The notes under the pieces were generated by a model, which saw only the letters and a program-made list of their open reading frames with translations, was not told the origin of the DNA and searched no databases. The position numbers were made by a program, and so were the translations under genes. A stretch of DNA of 64,000 nucleotides. It comes from Eledone cirrhosa (lineage: Eukaryota). Location of the stretch: positions 51,832,001-51,896,000 of the forward strand of contig OZ024744.1 of the NCBI GenBank assembly GCA_964016885.1, written 5' to 3'. Below, in pieces: positions 59,032-64,000 of the stretch; within the stretch, counting starts at the first letter, position 1, and every line of letters starts with the position of its first letter.

Positions 59032-59180
59032 TTAAATAAAATAATAATAACATGAAGTTTTTCCCGACACTTATTTATTTCATTTCATTTCTGTCATCAG
59101 AGACTTTAAATATTTAATTGTATATAAGTAGAGTAAGTTTTCTATGGAGGAAATAGCCGGATATGAGAAAGTCTTATTTA

Positions 59181-59620
59181 TCAATAACTGGAGAGAATGC
59201 CGATGTTAAAATGTAAATTGTGCCTGATGACTGAAAGTTTTCTTTGTCTCCTGTGCAATTGTTCGTCTTTTAAATCGTAAGAAAATATTTTACAGATTCT
59301 GAAGGTACCAGATTTCGCTGCTATTTTGTAGTTCAAAATGAAAGAGCTGTGTTCTTTCCCAAGAAATCCAAGTTCAGTCATACTATGGTCCAAGCTAGTT
59401 GGTATATATGATGTAGTCCCCCAAAATAACAGGTAAGAAACTGAGTATTGGGTCTGCAAACTCTCTTACAGCCGAGCAGCCGACATCTACAACAGAGTAT
59501 GTTTTAATGTGTAATCCCAAACAATAATATCAGGCCAGTTGTGTTTTAAGTTGGTGTCAGAGTATATTTTCAGGTTTCACCAGTATTCCTTTCAGCCATG
59601 AGTCTTAACATATTGCTATT
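59181..59620 (-). mobile_element. Degenerate 3' fragment of an REL-type (R4/NeSL-like) LINE
   Basis: Homologous to 61109-61575 (YIPT.LD.SMTELGF...GTF.ICK.F). Confidence 0.7.
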
Positions 59621-59652
<32 letters not shown>

Positions 59653-59694
59653 TGTATGTATGTATGTATGTATGTATGTATGTATGTATGTATG

Positions 59695-60031
59695 AAATAA
59701 TCGGGCTGGATACCCGATCCCGCGGTTAAACCACTGGGAGTGAAGGACCCTTAGCCTTTGTCAGGACATTCTTCTAGGAGAAGCCAACTCAGCAAGCTGG
59801 GATAACTCCGATATAAAACCTGCGGCTCAGTAGTTACCGATGATGTTGATCTTTTCTTCTTTTCAGGTTATAGCTACTGTCGCTCAGAGAGTGGGATTGG
59901 CTCAGTGCACAGTCTTTCCTCACTTTAAAAAAATCTTCACGCACAGGCATTGTACGATAGCATTAATTGATAATTATTAATAATCTTATATCGTGCAATA
60001 GACATACTCGAGAACGAGGGGGCAGCCATCA
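59695..60031 (+). mobile_element. Family C' (subfamily of C); second copy at 61670-61957
   Basis: CCTTAGCCTTTGTCAGGACATTCTTCTAGGAGAAG... and 3' TACTCGA.AACGAG.GGGCAGCCATC. Confidence 0.75.
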
Positions 60032-60324
60032 TCATCACCATTATGTATATATGTATGTAGGTATGTAGGTAGGTAGGCATGTGTGTGCGCGTGTATGTGT
60101 GTGTGTATGCATGTATGTATATGTGTATATATATATATAAATTTAAGTAAGTAAGTAAAAAAATTTTTAAAAGTTTTTTTAAAAAATATTTTCTTATTTT
60201 ACGTCTTTTATATTATTGTTCTGCACCCTCCTGCATTGAACCACCTAGGTACTATGACATAACCTGTGTATTTGCTGGCATGGACGTACATCTGTGCGCC
60301 TATGTTAGTTGATATATTAAATTA

Positions 60325-60369
<45 letters not shown>

Positions 60370-60372
<3 letters not shown>

Positions 60373-60912
60373 AGGTCACCATTTGTTGCTACTGGTAACA
60401 TGTATCCCAGTACAACCTGTCTCATGTTCGGGTCGTTGGCGACTAAACTGGCAACCCCACCAAGGTTTCTTGGTGAGGAGGGTGACTTTGGACATCCTGC
60501 AGAACTATAAACAAAACCTGTCAAAGGGCAAAGGAGCTCTTAAGAGTCAATGGCCATCCAAAATCACCAGGAGAGATGACCCCTTAGCCTTTGTCAAGGC
60601 AGAATTCTAGGAGAAGGACTTGTTCTTCTTTTTGGTAAATATCTTGGTTAAGAGAGTGCAGTGCCTTTGCTCACTATAAAAGCTTCACGGTACAGGCATT
60701 GCTTTATATCTGGAGATCTCTCTGCACTTGTCGTCACATGGTACCATGGGCCCAGCACTGTGTCAATAATTGTCACAAGTGTAGTGTTTGTACCACAGTT
60801 TTCAAGTCGCTGGCTGGACTAAAAAGTCACAATCGTTCAGCGCATCGGTAGGAGTTCTCCTACATGGATATAAAGTAGTGGCCGTACTCGAAAACGAGTT
60901 GGCAGCCACCAT
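60370..60912 (+). mobile_element. Family C retroposon with small internal deletions
   Basis: Matches 20276-20883. Confidence 0.8.
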
Positions 60913-60918
60913 GTATAT

Positions 60919-60951
<33 letters not shown>

Positions 60952-61017
60952 TACGTTTAACGTCCATCTTCCACGCTAGCATGGGTTAGACCATGTGTGT
61001 ATGTATGTATGTATGTT

Positions 61018-61575
61018 ATCTCTTTCTCTTAATTTCGAGTATATTTTTTTGACCGGCCACCTTCCTGGTGGCAAGGTTGTAGAAGAAAAGAAATTGTCAT
61101 CCTTTGAATCACAAGAATGTTTTGCAAATTTTGAAGGTGCCAGCTATCGCAGCCATTTGTAGACTATGAATTAGGGAGCTGCGCTCTTTGTCCGCAAAAC
61201 CAAGTTCAGTCATACTTTGGTCCAAGCGGGTTGGTATATAACACGTAGCTCCAATAATGATGGGTATGAAACTAAAGGTGTATCTTGGATACTGGATTTG
61301 TAAACTCCTCATCAATGGTCCGTAGATGTCCTCTTTTCTCTGTATTTTTCTGACAACGTTTACATCAAGTGGGCAGCTGATCTCCACAACAGAACACGTT
61401 TTCAAAATGTGGTCCCAAACAACAATATCAGACCGGTTGTGTTTTAATTTGGTGGCAGTTTTTATTTTCAGGTTCCACCAGTATTCCTTAGTGCCATCTG
61501 TCTCAATATATTCTTCCTCGTTTGTTGTTAATTTTGTTTTCCGAAGTGCGTTCCAGATGGTTCTAGCTATCCCCT
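61018..61575 (-). mobile_element. 3' fragment of an REL-type (R4/NeSL-like) LINE flanked by (TATG)n
   Basis: EYWWNLKIKTATKLKHNRSDIVVWD..KTCSVVEISCPLDVN...FIPIIIGA. Confidence 0.8.
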
Positions 61576-62396
61576 ATGTATGTATGTATGTATGTATGTA
61601 TGTATGTATGTATGTATGTATGTATGTATGTATGTATGTATGTATGTATGTATGTATGTATGTATAGAAACACCCCTAGCCTTTGTCAGGACATTCTTCT
61701 AGGAGAAGCCAACTCAGGAAGCTGGGATAACTCCGATATAAAACCTGCGGCTCAGTAGTTACCGATGATGTTGATCTTTTCTTCTTTTCGGGTTATAGCT
61801 ACTGTCACTCAGAGAGTGGGATTGGCTCAGTGCACAGTCTTTCCTCACTTTAAAAAATATCTTCACGCACATGTTTTGCACTATAGAATTAATTAATAAT
61901 TATTAATATTTGTATATGATGCAATGGCCATACTCGATGACGATGGGGCAGCCATCATATGTGTATGTATATATTGACGTATGCATTGATGTATGTATAT
62001 ATTGACGTATGCATTGATGTATGTATATATTGACGTATGCATTGATGTATGTATATATATATATGTTCGTATGTGTGTATGTATGCATGTATGTATGTAC
62101 GTACGAATGTATATATGTATGTACGTATGTCTTTATGTATGTATGCCTGTATGCATCTATACGTAAGTGTGTGTGTTTGATGTGTGTGTGTGAGTGTGTG
62201 TGCGTGTGTGGGTGTGTGTGTGTGAGTGTGTGAATATGTCACATTGAGAAAGATTCGATCCACGGATACGGCCGTTGTGTCACATTCTTGACAATGACGC
62301 ATGAATTCATTCCAAACATTCCCTGGTTATGTTTGTAGACAGAATGGAAGTGAGCGCCAGCGTCTGGTTTTATTGGAGAAAATATAGGGAAGAGGG

Positions 62397-62496
<100 letters not shown>

Positions 62497-62617
62497 CAGA
62501 GAGAGTGAGAGAGAGGAGAAATATTGAGAGAGAGAGAGAGAGGTGTGTGTGTATATATATATATAAATATATATATATTTATATATATGTATGAGTGTGT
62601 GTAAGAGAGAGAGAAAC

Positions 62618-62706
<89 letters not shown>

Positions 62707-63481
62707 GGGAACTGTCGTCTCATTCTTTGTCTCATCCATCCAACATGTCAGTATATAGAAGTAAATAGACCTCCGTCGGTTTTGGACGAGGAGTCATATA
62801 GTTGTTAAATTAACGTGCGAGTGGCTGAGCGTTACACCGACTGTATGCCTGCCGGGTAGGATCTCCGTCGGTAGCCACAATGAATGTTCCAGCTCATGCG
62901 ACCAACGATAAAGCCTGGTCGTGTAATTAACGTGCAAATGACTCAGTATTCTGCAGACATGGGCACCCTTTAACAAAGTTGTCTGCGAGATTTAGTTTTG
63001 TGTAAAATATGACGTAAGATAATTGATTCATTGAATTACAAATACGGTCCAACCGGCAGGCCTCTACCCAATTTCACTCAAAAAGCATGGGATGAGACGA
63101 GGTTATGGTAAAAGAGACTTGTCCAAGACACCGCGTAGTGGGAACGAACTCGAAATCAACAGATTTTGAAAAGCGAAATTCTGAAACATTCGGCCGGCCT
63201 TGGTGCCTCGATGTAATATGTAAACGGTCTGATTTAATTTTTGAATGGTCATCTTGTTAATCGTCCAATGTTGATGCCCTGAAGGTTGTTAAGAATGATT
63301 TCTAGTATAGGCACAAAGCCATTAATTTTGGAGTGAAACTCCAGAGTAGAAAGGTTCACACCTTAGCCATGTTAAATGAGTATTTAAACTCTACTTCTAT
63401 AGTGAGTCCTCATCCTCACCATTTTCAATAATACAGCCATATAAACATATACATACATATATATATATGTATATATATGTA

Positions 63482-63522
<41 letters not shown>

Positions 63523-63535
63523 TTATATATATATA

Positions 63536-63569
<34 letters not shown>

Positions 63570-64000
63570 CATGTGTGAGTGTGTGTGTGTGTGTGTGCGT
63601 GTGTGTCTGTGTCTGTGTGTGTGAGTGGTATTTGTGTGTAAGCGTCCATGTTTACGTTTACGCCCGTATTTGCGTTTATGTCCTGTAATATAGCGGTTCG
63701 ACAAAAAGATATTGATGGAGTAAATACCAGATTTGAAAAGAAAGGACTTTGTTTGATATGATTGACTAAATCGTGGTCATGTCCCGCCATCGCTACCGTC
63801 TAATGACTAAAACTATTCAATGGATAAGAAAAAAAATGGATAAGAAAAAAAATGGATAAGAAAAAAAAAAAAGAATTATTTCGCTGACGTACAATTGATG
63901 TCTCACAGGAATTGAACGATTTAATTATTGATGCAATTTCTACCATTTCTTAATTTAAAATAAATCTTCTCGGACATATACATTGTTAGATGCTTTTGTT

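Noticed and set aside
59060-59240. CTGATGA...GAAA strings at ~59094 (-) and 59224 (+); also ~4010, ~37782, ~63880
   Set aside because: Stems I, II and III cannot be closed convincingly; probably chance or too decayed
62240-62375. Unique island that could be a minus-strand host exon (CAG acceptor near 62364)
   Set aside because: No recognisable peptide and a weak donor; needs RNA-seq. The same applies to islands at 57560-57715 and 22900-23000

Overview
Eukaryotic, AT-rich, microsatellite-saturated genomic DNA. The (TA)n/(CA)n/(TATG)n density and the SINE families suggest a cephalopod (Octopus-like) genome; this is an inference, not a database result. I found no convincing host protein-coding gene, and most ORFs in the track are translated microsatellites. 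The window is a transposon graveyard. It holds four Penelope-like (RT+GIY-YIG) remnants, a ~13 kb cluster of L1/Tx1-like and R4/Dong-like LINEs joined by (AAT)n, and RTE, CRE and other restriction-like-endonuclease LINE fragments. It also holds tRNA-derived SINEs, two Helitron-like non-autonomous elements and hAT ends. The most striking hidden layer is a dense, diverse set of type-I hammerhead ribozyme (HHR) motifs: about 11 that I could fold by eye, plus degenerate and half copies. They sit in short, microsatellite-embedded, often fold-back palindromic elements whose inversion points cluster at the ribozyme. One is a 422-bp-period 1.5-mer non-coding unit with a textbook minimal HHR that looks like a retrozyme/circRNA-derived insertion. 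All folds were done by eye and need computational and biochemical confirmation.
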